This document shows positions 45,912 through 55,742 of a stretch of 64,000 nucleotides of DNA, one piece after another. A program made the position numbers and the translations under genes. Source of the DNA: Lentisphaerota bacterium (GTDB lineage Bacteria > Verrucomicrobiota > Lentisphaeria > Victivallales > Victivallaceae). Where the stretch lies: positions 4,980-68,979 of the forward strand of contig SUWD01000011.1 in assembly GCA_015061685.1 (NCBI GenBank), read 5' to 3'. How positions within the stretch are numbered: position 1 is the stretch's first letter; every line of letters begins with the position of its first letter. Under the pieces are notes generated by a model that was not told the origin of the DNA, did no database searches, and saw nothing but the letters and a program-made list of their open reading frames with translations.

Positions 45912-46490
45912 TTATTCAGCCATTGGCGGGAAAGTGCTTTTTTCCGGCAGGCAGTTGAGTTTATCGAAGTCGAATCCCAATTCATCGGCAAGTTTACGCC
46001 AGCGTTCTTCCATTTCATCCAGATAGAGCCACGGCTGCCATCCGAGTTTCAGGTAAGTTTTTACTGCTGCTTTGCGGAAGTCATCGGTCAGCAGAGAAAA
46101 GGATCTGTATCCCTGCCTGTAGAGCCGGTGCATGGCGGCAACACTGACAGATCTTCCCAGATGGAAGCCTTGTTTTTCCGGGTTGGTCATCACCCAGCCC
46201 AAAACCCCGACGTGTGGCAACTCCGGCATATCGGTTGTTTCGGCACAGGCGGCGGCAACGAAATTACCGGTGGCTTTTTCCACGATGACCAGCATTCCGC
46301 CGTCGAGGACTTTATTGCGGAAAGCAGCCAGTCTTTCTTCATCCCAGGTACTGAAGTTGACCGATGCCCGCAGAGCATTATATTCAGCTAATTCGCTGTC
46401 TGACACGGTGCGGATCTCAAAACCGTCAGCCAGATTGATTTCGGGCAGAGCGGTTTTTTCGGCATTGAAGATCATTTTTAATTGAGCCAT
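45912..46490 (-). CDS. GNAT family N-acetyltransferase
   Basis: 192 aa with a GVLGWVMTNPEKQGFHLGRSV acetyl-CoA-binding-type motif. Confidence 0.75.
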   Translation of the reverse strand: MAQLKMIFNAEKTALPEINLADGFEIRTVSDSELAEYNALRASVNFSTWDEERLAAFRNKVLDGGMLVIVEKATGNFVAAACAETTDMPELPHVGVLGWVMTNPEKQGFHLGRSVSVAAMHRLYRQGYRSFSLLTDDFRKAAVKTYLKLGWQPWLYLDEMEERWRKLADELGFDFDKLNCLPEKSTFPPMAE

Positions 46491-46503
46491 AACAGTAAAA
46501 TCC

Positions 46504-48030
46504 TTATTTTGAGAGCAGCTGTTGAGTTTTTTCCAGAAGTTTATCTTTTAAAACATTTTCCTCATCGTTGATTTCCGGTTCAGCGAGGGTCATCATGCTC
46601 TGCAATGCTCCGGCGGCGGGGGAATCCGGATAAGCATCGATCATTTCCTGAGCCTGTTTACGGAGCTGATACAATTCCGGCAGACAGTCGATGGCTTCTT
46701 TCAGAAACTGAATTACTTTGAGTTTTCCATCGGCATCAGCGATTTGCGGATAAAGTTTTGCACCGTCAACGGCCTGCCGCAAAATGACAGATTTCTTTTC
46801 CATGACGGACATGACTTTATTGAAATTTCCGGAAATGGCGGTATCATGTCCATCGGGGAAAATCCGGTCGGGTTCAAAAATTCTGGTCATGGAGAAGTTG
46901 TCATTGCGATACTTATCCCGGATAACCGGATCCCGGAAGTCGGGGATCACCTGAGTTTCGCCCTGATTTTCGGTACTGCGAACAGCCATGATACCGGCGA
47001 GAGTTACATCGCAGGCATCGTAGATATTCCACGGGCCGGCTTCTCCGGTGAGGATTTCTCTCGCGAAATAGTATAGTTCCCAGAAGTCTCCACCGCCATG
47101 ACCGGTGGTATCGGCAAATTCTCCCAATTCCGGCCACTGCGGTTCAATGAGAGTTTGGGTGGATTCTCCGCCGGCACCGAAACGGATATGCAAGCCGTGT
47201 TTGCCCAGGGATTCTGCGGAAGCCCGGGTTCCCCAGATCCGTTTTCCGGTGTGATAATTTCCGGTGGTTGCACCGCAGAGGTTACGCATGATACCCCCGT
47301 TGCTCATTTGAATAAGAGAGGGGCATGGTTTTGCCATTCCGCTGCCGGGGATGAAACCGGGCAGGGCGATTTTTTCCGGGAAAGCGGTGATTTTTTCCGG
47401 CCGCAAACCGGTGATTTTCATCAGAGGACCGAGGGAATGGGTGCAGTAGTAGTGGAAATCGAGATATGATCTCCAGTTGTGAGCGGCATAACCGGGTTCG
47501 ACCGGGGGGTATCCGAGCATGTTGTAGCAGTAGCAAAGAGAACGGCACTCATGGAGATATTCAAACTCGCCATACTGGAAATCTCCGAAAAATCCCTCCT
47601 GCCAGAGTTTGGCAAGATACATATTTTCTTTGGAAAAAGGATAGTTTTCCAAAAGGTGATAAACTTTTTTGCTTTTTTCCACTGCTTCGACGACTTTCAC
47701 ACCTTCAGCGGGGGTGAAAAAAGAGGTTACTTCACACATAACGTGCTTTCCGGCTTCCAGGGACCGGATGGTATGATCGGCGTGGGAAGTGAAATATGTG
47801 GCAATCAAAACGGCATCAATATCTTCTCTGGCGAGAAATTCGTTTTCGTCATCGGTTACGAAAGCTGTCGGGCAATTTTTTTTGAATCTTTCCCGCATGA
47901 TGCTGTTGGTGTCACATCCGGCCACCACATCGATATTCAGGGCGTCGGCGGCTTGGACGAAACTGCTTCCTCTGCCCAGTCCCCAGATACCCAAACGGAT
48001 TTTTTTATCGGTATCAAAGATTTTTCCCAT
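46504..48030 (-). CDS. Gfo/Idh/MocA family oxidoreductase (long form)
   Basis: N-terminal Rossmann motif IRLGIWGLGRGSSF and an EVTSF/EKP-like region. It has a roughly 120-aa C-terminal extension. Confidence 0.75.
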   Translation of the reverse strand: MGKIFDTDKKIRLGIWGLGRGSSFVQAADALNIDVVAGCDTNSIMRERFKKNCPTAFVTDDENEFLAREDIDAVLIATYFTSHADHTIRSLEAGKHVMCEVTSFFTPAEGVKVVEAVEKSKKVYHLLENYPFSKENMYLAKLWQEGFFGDFQYGEFEYLHECRSLCYCYNMLGYPPVEPGYAAHNWRSYLDFHYYCTHSLGPLMKITGLRPEKITAFPEKIALPGFIPGSGMAKPCPSLIQMSNGGIMRNLCGATTGNYHTGKRIWGTRASAESLGKHGLHIRFGAGGESTQTLIEPQWPELGEFADTTGHGGGDFWELYYFAREILTGEAGPWNIYDACDVTLAGIMAVRSTENQGETQVIPDFRDPVIRDKYRNDNFSMTRIFEPDRIFPDGHDTAISGNFNKVMSVMEKKSVILRQAVDGAKLYPQIADADGKLKVIQFLKEAIDCLPELYQLRKQAQEMIDAYPDSPAAGALQSMMTLAEPEINDEENVLKDKLLEKTQQLLSK

Positions 48031-48174
48031 GCTGTCCTCCTGCTTGTGAAATGTGTTGATTTCCGGATCACAGGATAATAAACATCACCTTATTACAAAA
48101 ATCAAATATTGCGACGGGGGGTTTTATGGATATTTTTTATAGCTTTGGAACGTGTATTATAAAAAAAGAACATT

Positions 48175-48981
48175 TTACAGCTTGATATTCTTTCGTAATT
48201 GAGCCGGAGTCAATCCGCACTGTTTTTTGACGAAAGAATTGAGATGGGTAACGTTGTTCATCCCGGCGGCATCAGCAATTTCTTTCAGACTCAACCGGGC
48301 ATCAGACATCAATTCCTGAATTTTTGAAAAACGTTTTCTGGCACGGTATTCTGCCGGGGTGGTATGGTAAGCCTGATGAAAGAGCCGTCTTAAATGGACC
48401 GGGGAAAATGGAAAATCAGCCATGATCTTATTGAGAGAGTATGTGAAATTCACATCTCCATCAATGGCTTGTTTCATTCCGGAAGCCGCCGGATGGATTT
48501 TTTCCGGCAGAGAATCGGAGGAGTGCCTGACAAATTCGGACAGGATTGATTGTGCCAGTAATTCTCCGGCTTTGGCATCCGCAGGCAATGCAGAAGCGGT
48601 AAGTTCAGTGACCTGACGGAAAATTTTCCGCATGAGAGCTGAATTTTCCTCATTCAGAGTGATCGTCCGGGGGATGGCGAGGCAGAAATCATCAAGGAAC
48701 AATTCATTGCTGGTTGTTTGCGGATTCCAATGCAGATTATCTATTTGGCAGACGATGACGTAATTTTCCCGATTCTCATTGAAAGCAAAATCAATGGTGA
48801 ATCCTTTTGGCAGTAAAAAGAGCGAATTTTCGGTTATCTTTCCGGCATCCTGTCCATCCGGAAAGGAGATATTCATCTTTTCCAATCCGGAGACTACCAT
48901 TCCCAGAAAGACGCATTGTGTGGTTTGGCAAAAAGATTGTTTTCTGGTAAATATTCCGGCACTGGTAATTTTTATACGCAT
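48175..48981 (-). CDS. AraC family transcriptional regulator
   Basis: C-terminal double HTH (LKEIADAAGMNNVTHLNSFVKKQCGLTPAQLR) with an N-terminal cupin-like sensor. Confidence 0.85.
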   Translation of the reverse strand: MRIKITSAGIFTRKQSFCQTTQCVFLGMVVSGLEKMNISFPDGQDAGKITENSLFLLPKGFTIDFAFNENRENYVIVCQIDNLHWNPQTTSNELFLDDFCLAIPRTITLNEENSALMRKIFRQVTELTASALPADAKAGELLAQSILSEFVRHSSDSLPEKIHPAASGMKQAIDGDVNFTYSLNKIMADFPFSPVHLRRLFHQAYHTTPAEYRARKRFSKIQELMSDARLSLKEIADAAGMNNVTHLNSFVKKQCGLTPAQLRKNIKL

Positions 48982-49025
48982 TTTTTTATTGTCTGTATCC
49001 GGGATCGGGCAGTTTCACTTTCCGG

Positions 49026-49628
49026 TTATGCCGCTGGAGTTTGGGAGTTTGCCCAGTAGAGAAAACTGAGCAGAGTGATAAGTCCGACAAGGGCTCCGAT
49101 CAGAAAGAAAGTGCCAAAGGGAAAATCTTTATCCGGATTGATTTTCTTGTAGAGGAAATTCAATCCGAAAGCTCCACCCAGACAACCTCCGCCGATACTG
49201 GCAAAAGTTCCCATTATCGCTCCGACTGCATAACGCAGAACAGCTGTTGTCATGTCATCGAATAACTGGGAAATGCCGTAGAGAACACCTAAAATCGCCG
49301 CAAAGACCAGAAAGAAACAGCCGGCGGCAGAAAAAAGGATGCACGGGATGCTGAAAAACCAGTATAATGAATCGTAGAGTTTTCTTTTGTTGAAGTCCTG
49401 TACCGCCAGAGCCACTTCCTGATCGAAGGAAAGTTCCTGGGGGGCAAACGGGGTCTGGCAGGCGGCACAAGCCGGGACTCCGGGATGGTTCGGGGTGTTG
49501 CATGCCGGGCAGATCTGTGCGGCGGCGGCATTGAAAGCATTATTGCAGTAAGAGCAGGTCAGTGGTTGATTCTGATATTCATCACCGATATTGTACATCG
49601 CTCCGCAGTGCGGACAAAGTGTTACCAT
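49026..49628 (-). CDS. double zinc-ribbon membrane protein (hypothetical)
   Basis: I chose the ATG at 49628, which is preceded by GGAG. The N-terminus carries CPHCG...CSYC and CPAC...CAAC ribbons. The C-terminal half has Gly-rich TM helices. Confidence 0.65.
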   Translation of the reverse strand: MVTLCPHCGAMYNIGDEYQNQPLTCSYCNNAFNAAAAQICPACNTPNHPGVPACAACQTPFAPQELSFDQEVALAVQDFNKRKLYDSLYWFFSIPCILFSAAGCFFLVFAAILGVLYGISQLFDDMTTAVLRYAVGAIMGTFASIGGGCLGGAFGLNFLYKKINPDKDFPFGTFFLIGALVGLITLLSFLYWANSQTPAA

Positions 49629-49937
49629 TGATTGTCTCCGTTGATTCAAATTACGGCGTTGTATCTGTATAATGTCAGGATTTAATTTAGCCCAATCGGG
49701 AAAAAATGCAAGCAGAATGTGTAAAAAATGCCGGATTTTTATCCCGTAATTGGTGATTAAAGGAAGATCATGACCGTTTTGACAAGGTGTTTTTTGTATA
49801 TGCGGCAATCGGAATGAAAAGAATTCTGTGAAAAAACAGTCTTTGTGCCATGCGATTATTGTATTGCAGAAAAACAAGGAGGGCGTTGCTTGCCTATGCA
49901 AAGTTTTTGCGGCACTTTCTCGCCGCTGCCGGCAGAT

Positions 49938-50627
49938 TTACCGCCGTGTTACTTTGCAGTTTTTCGGGAAAGCATCTTCTCCGACAGTGCAGTTCCGGGG
50001 GATGCTGACACTGGTCAAGCCGCCGCCGAAAAGCGTAAGAAATGCTCTGTCTCCAATGGAAGTAACACTGTCCGGGATGATAACACTGGTCAGATTGACA
50101 CATCCGTAAAACGCCCACTCCCCGATGGAAGTAACACTGTCCGGGATGGTAACACTGGTCAGATTGACGCATCCGGAAAACGCCCAGTTATCGATTTTTG
50201 TGACACAGGAGGGAATGGTTACTGAACTGATCTCTTTATTGGAACAGGAATCCAGAGTTTTGTTGTCTTTGCTGAAAGTTATCCCCTGTTCTTTGGCAGT
50301 TTTCAGTTCTTTCCGTTCATTGTAATTTGAAATGGCAAACGGCAGAATAATTCCCAGCACAATCAGAAAAGCGATACATGCTCCGGCAATGATCCATACT
50401 TTTGGGTTGTTTTTTCCGGTCTGTTGCGGGGACGGGACAGCCGGATTGCCGCAGGGATTATTATAAACTCCCGGTGTCGGCGGAGGAGGTGGCTGGATCG
50501 GGAGCGGGTTTGTGCCGCAAACAAATTTTTGCTGACACAAAGGACATTGCAATTCGATTCCGCTGTACCGGTTGTCAAAAGAAAGTTGTCCCTGACAATG
50601 AGGACAATAGATCATCTGTTCCGCCAT
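49938..50627 (-). CDS. zinc-ribbon / transmembrane / BspA-type leucine-rich-repeat protein
   Basis: N-terminal CPHCQG...CPLCQ ribbon, then a Pro-rich linker, one TM helix and 23-residue repeats of the form SVTIPDSVTSIGEWAFxGCxNLT. Confidence 0.75.
   Translation of the reverse strand: MAEQMIYCPHCQGQLSFDNRYSGIELQCPLCQQKFVCGTNPLPIQPPPPPTPGVYNNPCGNPAVPSPQQTGKNNPKVWIIAGACIAFLIVLGIILPFAISNYNERKELKTAKEQGITFSKDNKTLDSCSNKEISSVTIPSCVTKIDNWAFSGCVNLTSVTIPDSVTSIGEWAFYGCVNLTSVIIPDSVTSIGDRAFLTLFGGGLTSVSIPRNCTVGEDAFPKNCKVTRR
50056..50193. repeat. two tandem 69-bp units (about 90% identical) encoding LRR modules
   Basis: ATGGAAGTAACACTGTCCGGGATG(A/G)TAACACTGGTCAGATTGAC... occurs at 50056 and again at 50125. 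The period is 69 bp, or 23 codons. Confidence 0.8.
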
Positions 50628-50718
50628 TTTTTATCTCCCTGTTTGTGTTGATTGGAATTCAAAAGAGATAATATATCATAAGTTTTTTTTTTTCAAGCAC
50701 TTGTGCATTTTGTTGTAT

Positions 50719-50757
50719 AAAAAAAGAAAACCTGCTGCCGTAACGATTGGCAGCAGG
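50719..50757 (-). terminator. intrinsic terminator of the 50820-51161 gene
   Basis: Perfect 9-bp stem CCTGCTGCC / GGCAGCAGG with a 9-nt loop. On the minus strand it is followed by TTTTCTTTTTTT. Confidence 0.7.
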
Positions 50758-50819
50758 GAGGTCGTGTCTCCGGGAAAGGGCTTTTCCCGCGGCACTTCCA
50801 TGCGGCGGAGGGTGGAAAA

Positions 50820-51161
50820 TTATTTGTTTTCCTGTGCTTCACCGGCATTGTTTTCCGGCGTCATCTGATGCTGACGGCGGAAATGTTTCCTGCCCGGATG
50901 GCGGTGGTGGTGTTTCCACTCCTGAGGCGGCTCAAAATCCGGGCGTCCGGGACACATTTCGCCGGAAGCGAAAGAGCAATTTTGAGTTTGTTTCGGACAA
51001 CCGCCTTTGAAACAGCAGATCGCCATGGCGATACCGTGATAAAGCAGAACCACGATGATTGCGGTCAGCAGAGAGATGACAAAGGTGCGGGCGTCGCCGG
51101 ACAGTTTTGCTTTTTTCGGGGTGTTTTCAACCGGCTGAACAACGGGATCCTGATCTTCCAT
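50820..51161 (-). CDS. small single-pass membrane protein with Cys- and His-rich C-terminal tail (hypothetical)
   Basis: 113 aa with one TM helix (FVISLLTAIIVVLLYHGIAMAI), followed by CCFKGGCP...C...C and HHHRHPGRKHFRRQH. It has its own terminator. Confidence 0.55.
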   Translation of the reverse strand: MEDQDPVVQPVENTPKKAKLSGDARTFVISLLTAIIVVLLYHGIAMAICCFKGGCPKQTQNCSFASGEMCPGRPDFEPPQEWKHHHRHPGRKHFRRQHQMTPENNAGEAQENK

Positions 51162-51558
51162 TTTTTCCTGTCTCCTGTTTTTTTTCTGTCGATCTTCCTG
51201 CGGATCAAACTGATCCTCGCTCCGGAATCTTCTTTCCGGGCATCCCGGAAGCTCTCCGGAAATCCTGTTACACTCCTATAACGTATGAAATCGTCAAAAA
51301 ATTTTTATTTCATTTTGATTTTTTTTGTCCCGGTATTATATTATCAAACATAATAGGAGGCAATTTCAAAACTCCTCAAAAATTCTTAAAAATCATCGCT
51401 GCGATCTTAAAGCGGAGCGTTTCCGGTGGTTATTTATTCAATAGCCACGCTCAAACTACCGCTTTGATCTCATCAACGCTGATTTTTCAATCTCTTTTTG
51501 AATCAGTTTTGAAATTGCCTCAACAGAAATTTTATTTTTGACAATTGGAGGGATTTTT

Positions 51559-52977
51559 ATGTGTGAAAATTTGAAAAATGCCATTATTGCCGCCGGTCAG
51601 GAACACTTGCTGCGTTTTATTGATGAACTTTCTCCGGTGGAGAAAGCTGCTTATATTGAACAACTTACTGCTGTTGATTGGCAGCAGATCCCTTCTCTTG
51701 CTGCTGAATATGTCCTCAAACGTCCGGAAGTTTCCATCCCCGATGATCTTACTCCGGCTCAATTTTTTCCTCTGCTTGCCAAAGATGAGGCGATGAGCGA
51801 ATTATATGCCAAAGCCGATGCCAAAGGTGTTGAATTGCTCCGGGCCGGCAAAGTCTGCTGCCTGACCGTTGCCGGAGGGCAGGGGACCCGTCTGGGCTTT
51901 GACGGCCCCAAAGGCACTTATCCCATCGGGCCGGTTTCCGGGAGAACTTTGTTTGAATATTTTGCCGGTTCCATCAGCCGTGCTTCGGAAAAGTACGGCA
52001 AAACTATCAACTGGTACATCATGACCAGTCCGATCAACCGTGAGGCGACGGAAAAATATTTTGAAACGGCAAACTTTTTCGGTTTGCCCCGGGAGAGTGT
52101 ATTTTTCTTCACGCAGGGGACGATGCCGGCATTCGGTCTTGACGGCAAATTGCTTATGAGCGGCAAGGGTTCGCTGGCTCTTTCTCCGGACGGTCACGGC
52201 GGCACGCTGCTTGCTTTGCGTAAATCCGGAGCTTTGGACAAGATGATTGCCGACGGCAATGAATACATCTCCTATTTTCAGGTGGACAATCCTCTGGTTC
52301 CGGTGGTCGATCCCCGCTTTATCGGGCTTCACGCTCTGGAAAACTCCCTGATGAGTGCGATCATGTTGAGCAAGACCAATCCGAAAGAAAAGCTGGGTAA
52401 TTTCTGTGTCTCGCAGGGTCGCACGATGATAATTGAGTACAGCGATCTGCCGGATGAATTGGCGGAAAAACGCAATGCTGACGGCAGTTTGTCTTTTGTT
52501 GCCGGCAGTCCGGCGATCCATGTGATTTCCCGCAGTTTTGTGGAATCTCTTACCTCCGGCGGCACGCTCCGTCTGCCGTGGCACCGGGCGGATAAGAAGA
52601 TCCCGTACCTCGATGCCGCAGGTGAACTTCAGCAGCCGTCGGAACCCAATGGGGTCAAATTGGAATCTTTCATTTTTGACGCCCTTCCTCTTGCGGAAAA
52701 GGTGATGATCCTTGAGGGTGACCGGGCGGAAGTTTTCGCACCGACGAAAAATGCCACCGGTGTTGATTCAGCGGAGAGCTGCCGGGAGATGATCACTGCC
52801 CGCAATGCCCGCCGTCTGGCCCTCGGAGGCGTGGAGATCCCCCGCAAAGCCGATGGAACTGTTGATGCGGTAATAGAAATATCTCCTTTTATGGTATTGG
52901 ATGATGCCGATGCGGTTGCTCTGGTTGCGGAGAATGGCTTGAAAAAGCTTTTTGCCGGTGAAAAGGTGGCGTTATGA
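51559..52977 (+). CDS. UDPGP-family (UAP1-type) UDP-N-acetylhexosamine / UDP-sugar pyrophosphorylase
   Basis: LTVAGGQGTRLGFDGPKGTYPI and the SPDGHGG and YFQVDNPL motifs are typical of eukaryote-type UDP-sugar pyrophosphorylases. Confidence 0.8.
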   Translation: MCENLKNAIIAAGQEHLLRFIDELSPVEKAAYIEQLTAVDWQQIPSLAAEYVLKRPEVSIPDDLTPAQFFPLLAKDEAMSELYAKADAKGVELLRAGKVCCLTVAGGQGTRLGFDGPKGTYPIGPVSGRTLFEYFAGSISRASEKYGKTINWYIMTSPINREATEKYFETANFFGLPRESVFFFTQGTMPAFGLDGKLLMSGKGSLALSPDGHGGTLLALRKSGALDKMIADGNEYISYFQVDNPLVPVVDPRFIGLHALENSLMSAIMLSKTNPKEKLGNFCVSQGRTMIIEYSDLPDELAEKRNADGSLSFVAGSPAIHVISRSFVESLTSGGTLRLPWHRADKKIPYLDAAGELQQPSEPNGVKLESFIFDALPLAEKVMILEGDRAEVFAPTKNATGVDSAESCREMITARNARRLALGGVEIPRKADGTVDAVIEISPFMVLDDADAVALVAENGLKKLFAGEKVAL

Positions 52978-54197
52978 GCGGCTTTTCACCGGAAAACAGT
53001 GATGAATTTGCCGCTTCCCGGCCCAATACCATCCGTTATGCGGCAGGTTTGCTGCTGATGACGATGATATTGGCGGCATTCGGATTGACGATGCTCTATT
53101 CAGCCAGCAGCAGTGATGTTGCGGCGGCGGCGGCATTTTTCCGCAGTCAGTTGTTGTGGATCGGGGTCGGAAGTTTTCTGTCGGTATCGGTCTTTTTCTG
53201 CGGTTACGAATTTTTCTGCAAAAAAAGTCTGTTGTGGATCGGCGGTTGTGCACTGCTGTTGATCTGGGCGAGATTTTCCCGGGAGATCAACGGGGCACAC
53301 CGGTGGATCATTCTTGGGAGTTTCCGTTTGCAGCCGTCGGAATTGGCAAAGATCGCAGTGGCATTATTTGTAGCAAATTACTGTTCGGAGTATTTGCGTA
53401 CATTCAATGATTTTCTCCGGTTGAAAAACAGTATCTGGGGTATCGGGGCGGTTGTCGGCGGCATTGTCGGCTTGATTTTCTGGGGAGATGACATGGGAAC
53501 ATCGGTGCTGGTTGCGGCGATGGCATTCTGTGCGATGTATGTCGGCAATTTGCGGTTGCGTTATTTCATTATCCCGGTGGTTCTGCTGCCGCTGGTGGTT
53601 GCTTACATCAAATATTTCGACCCGATGCGTTGGGGGCGGATGACTATTTTTCTGGATCCGGAGAAGTATCAGCGTGCCGGAGGGTATCAGTTGTGGAATT
53701 CCCTTATGGCTCTGGGGTCGGGATCGTGGCACGGACTGGGGTTGACCGACAGCCGGCTCAAAGCGAACTATCTTCCTGAAGCTCACACCGACTTTATCAT
53801 TGCCATAATCGGAGAGGAATTGGGATTTATCGGAGTGATGACGGTGATAGTCTGTTATATTCTCTGGGGGTATTTTGCATTCCGGATCGTTATGACCGCC
53901 CGCAACCGAATGGGTATGCTGCTTGGTTGTGCCCTGACCTTGGGAGTGATGTTTCAGGCGATAATCAATCTTGGCGTGGTATCCGGGATGTTTCCGACCA
54001 AAGGGATGCCGGCACCATTTATCAGTTACGGCGGCAGCAATATGGTTTGTTCGCTGGTTGCGGTGGGATTTCTGGTTTCTGTGGCGGTGGATGCGTGGGA
54101 ACCGGGATATCCGCGGAAAATATTTACTCAAATTCTGCGTTGGCTGAAACTGGATTTTTCTTCAGCTGAAAATGATGAAGTGGAGAGTGACAATTAA
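52974..54197 (+). CDS. ftsW: FtsW/RodA/SpoVE (SEDS) family peptidoglycan glycosyltransferase
   Basis: Ten-TM SEDS profile with QPSELAKI, LPEAHTDFI and PFISYGGS motifs. I called it FtsW because murG follows directly. Confidence 0.85.
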   Translation: MSGFSPENSDEFAASRPNTIRYAAGLLLMTMILAAFGLTMLYSASSSDVAAAAAFFRSQLLWIGVGSFLSVSVFFCGYEFFCKKSLLWIGGCALLLIWARFSREINGAHRWIILGSFRLQPSELAKIAVALFVANYCSEYLRTFNDFLRLKNSIWGIGAVVGGIVGLIFWGDDMGTSVLVAAMAFCAMYVGNLRLRYFIIPVVLLPLVVAYIKYFDPMRWGRMTIFLDPEKYQRAGGYQLWNSLMALGSGSWHGLGLTDSRLKANYLPEAHTDFIIAIIGEELGFIGVMTVIVCYILWGYFAFRIVMTARNRMGMLLGCALTLGVMFQAIINLGVVSGMFPTKGMPAPFISYGGSNMVCSLVAVGFLVSVAVDAWEPGYPRKIFTQILRWLKLDFSSAENDEVESDN

Positions 54198-54198
54198 G

Positions 54199-55308
54199 AT
54201 GGTGAAATTAAAGAAACTTGCGGTCTGCTGCGGTGGAACCGGCGGACATTTTTTCCCGGGGTTGAGTATTGCCCGGGTATTTAAAGAGCAGGGCGGAGAA
54301 GTTCTGCTGCTGCTTTCGGGCATCCACGCTGTTGAACAGTGTAAAATTGCCGAATCGGCAGGTGTTCCTGCGTTGGCTTTGCCGGAGATGCCGCATTACA
54401 GCAAGCATCCTATCCGCTTTGTGCTGGGCTTTTTAAGGGGCTGTATTCAGGCGGAAAAGGCGTTGAAAAAGTTTTCTCCGCAGGCGATGCTGGCCATGGG
54501 ATCATTTGCCGCATTGCCGGTGGTACGGGCGGCGGTGAAGTGCCGGATACCGTTATTTCTGCATGACGGCAATGCCCGTATCGGCAAAGCGAACCGTTTT
54601 TTCAGCCGCTGGGCGAAATTTATGGGCAGTGCTTTCCCGGCGGTCAATTCAGATGCCTGCCGTTGTCCGGTGGAGGCGGTCGGTATGCCTTTGCGTCCGG
54701 AATTGGACAAACTTGCGAAATTGGAAAAAACAGCAGCTCTGGATGCGGTAAACCGGGAATTCGGCAGTGATTTTTCGACGGAATATCCCTTGATCCTGAT
54801 TACCGGCGGCAGTCTGGGAGCAGCAGTATTCAATACGGTTCTGCCGCAGGCGTTTACCCGTATCGGCACCGGATTTCAGGTCGTCCACCTTACCGGCAGG
54901 GGCAAACTTGCGGAAGCTGAAAAAATTTACCGGGGAGCGAAATTTCCCTATCTGCTCCGGGAATCGACCGGAAAAATGGGCGAATTACTGGCGGCATCCG
55001 ATCTGGTATTCAGCCGGTCAGGCGGCAGTACTGCTGCGGAACTGGCACTTTTCGGTAAACCTTCGGTCTTGATACCTTATCCTTTTGCCGCCGAGGGGCA
55101 TCAGCTGGATAATGCCCGCTATTTTGAATCCGGCGATGGTGCCGTGGTTGTCGAAAATCCGGATTTGACCGTGGAAAATGCGGAGAAACTGCTCCTTGAT
55201 TATCTCAATGATCCGGCAAAGTGGCAGAAGCAGGGGGATAACATGTATCAGCTTGCCCGGAAGGGGGCGGCAAATATAATGCTGACTAAAATCGACGGAA
55301 TGATTTGA
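54199..55308 (+). CDS. murG: undecaprenyldiphospho-muramoylpentapeptide beta-N-acetylglucosaminyltransferase
   Basis: GGTGGHFFPG N-terminal motif, and C-terminal SRSGGSTAAEL and GHQLDNA motifs. Confidence 0.9.
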   Translation: MVKLKKLAVCCGGTGGHFFPGLSIARVFKEQGGEVLLLLSGIHAVEQCKIAESAGVPALALPEMPHYSKHPIRFVLGFLRGCIQAEKALKKFSPQAMLAMGSFAALPVVRAAVKCRIPLFLHDGNARIGKANRFFSRWAKFMGSAFPAVNSDACRCPVEAVGMPLRPELDKLAKLEKTAALDAVNREFGSDFSTEYPLILITGGSLGAAVFNTVLPQAFTRIGTGFQVVHLTGRGKLAEAEKIYRGAKFPYLLRESTGKMGELLAASDLVFSRSGGSTAAELALFGKPSVLIPYPFAAEGHQLDNARYFESGDGAVVVENPDLTVENAEKLLLDYLNDPAKWQKQGDNMYQLARKGAANIMLTKIDGMI

Positions 55309-55367
55309 AATTTCCTGATAGTGGTGATATAGTATTCACCGGTAACGTGTCGACGGGGAGAATACAG

Positions 55368-55742
55368 ATGAATAACAGTATAATGGCAGTTCTGGCAGTT
55401 TCGTGCATGATGTTTGCCATGCCGTACCGGGCAAAGGCGATAGATCCGATCACGATGGCGATTTTGGCTCCGGTGGCTTTGAAAGTCGCCGAGGCGGCGA
55501 AACCTTATGTGATCCGTTCACTGGTAGGTACCGGCAAAGGGGTTTTGAAGATCGGCAAATCAGCTTTGGAGATACTCTATCTGCCCCTCGGGATCGGTGA
55601 AATCACGATCGGACTGCCCTTTAACAAGGGGCGGAAAGGTTTGAAGCATATTATCCGGGGCGGCGTGATAGCTCCGGCGAAATTAGTGGTAAATGTTTTA
55701 CTGCTGCCGGTTTATATGACCGGTGCAAAAATCAATATATGA
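55368..55742 (+). CDS. small secreted/membrane hypothetical protein
   Basis: The ATG at 55368 is preceded by GGGGAG. Signal-like N-terminus MNNSIMAVLAVSCMMFAMPYRAKA. 124 aa. Confidence 0.55.
   Translation: MNNSIMAVLAVSCMMFAMPYRAKAIDPITMAILAPVALKVAEAAKPYVIRSLVGTGKGVLKIGKSALEILYLPLGIGEITIGLPFNKGRKGLKHIIRGGVIAPAKLVVNVLLLPVYMTGAKINI

Noticed and set aside
51162-51558. About 400-bp gap between divergent genes, with a 144-aa ORF (51107-51541), as a possible hidden gene or RNA
   Set aside because: The ORF has no RBS or motifs and is AT-rich and low-complexity. I could not identify convincing stems, repeats or conserved boxes, so I treat the region as a divergent promoter region.
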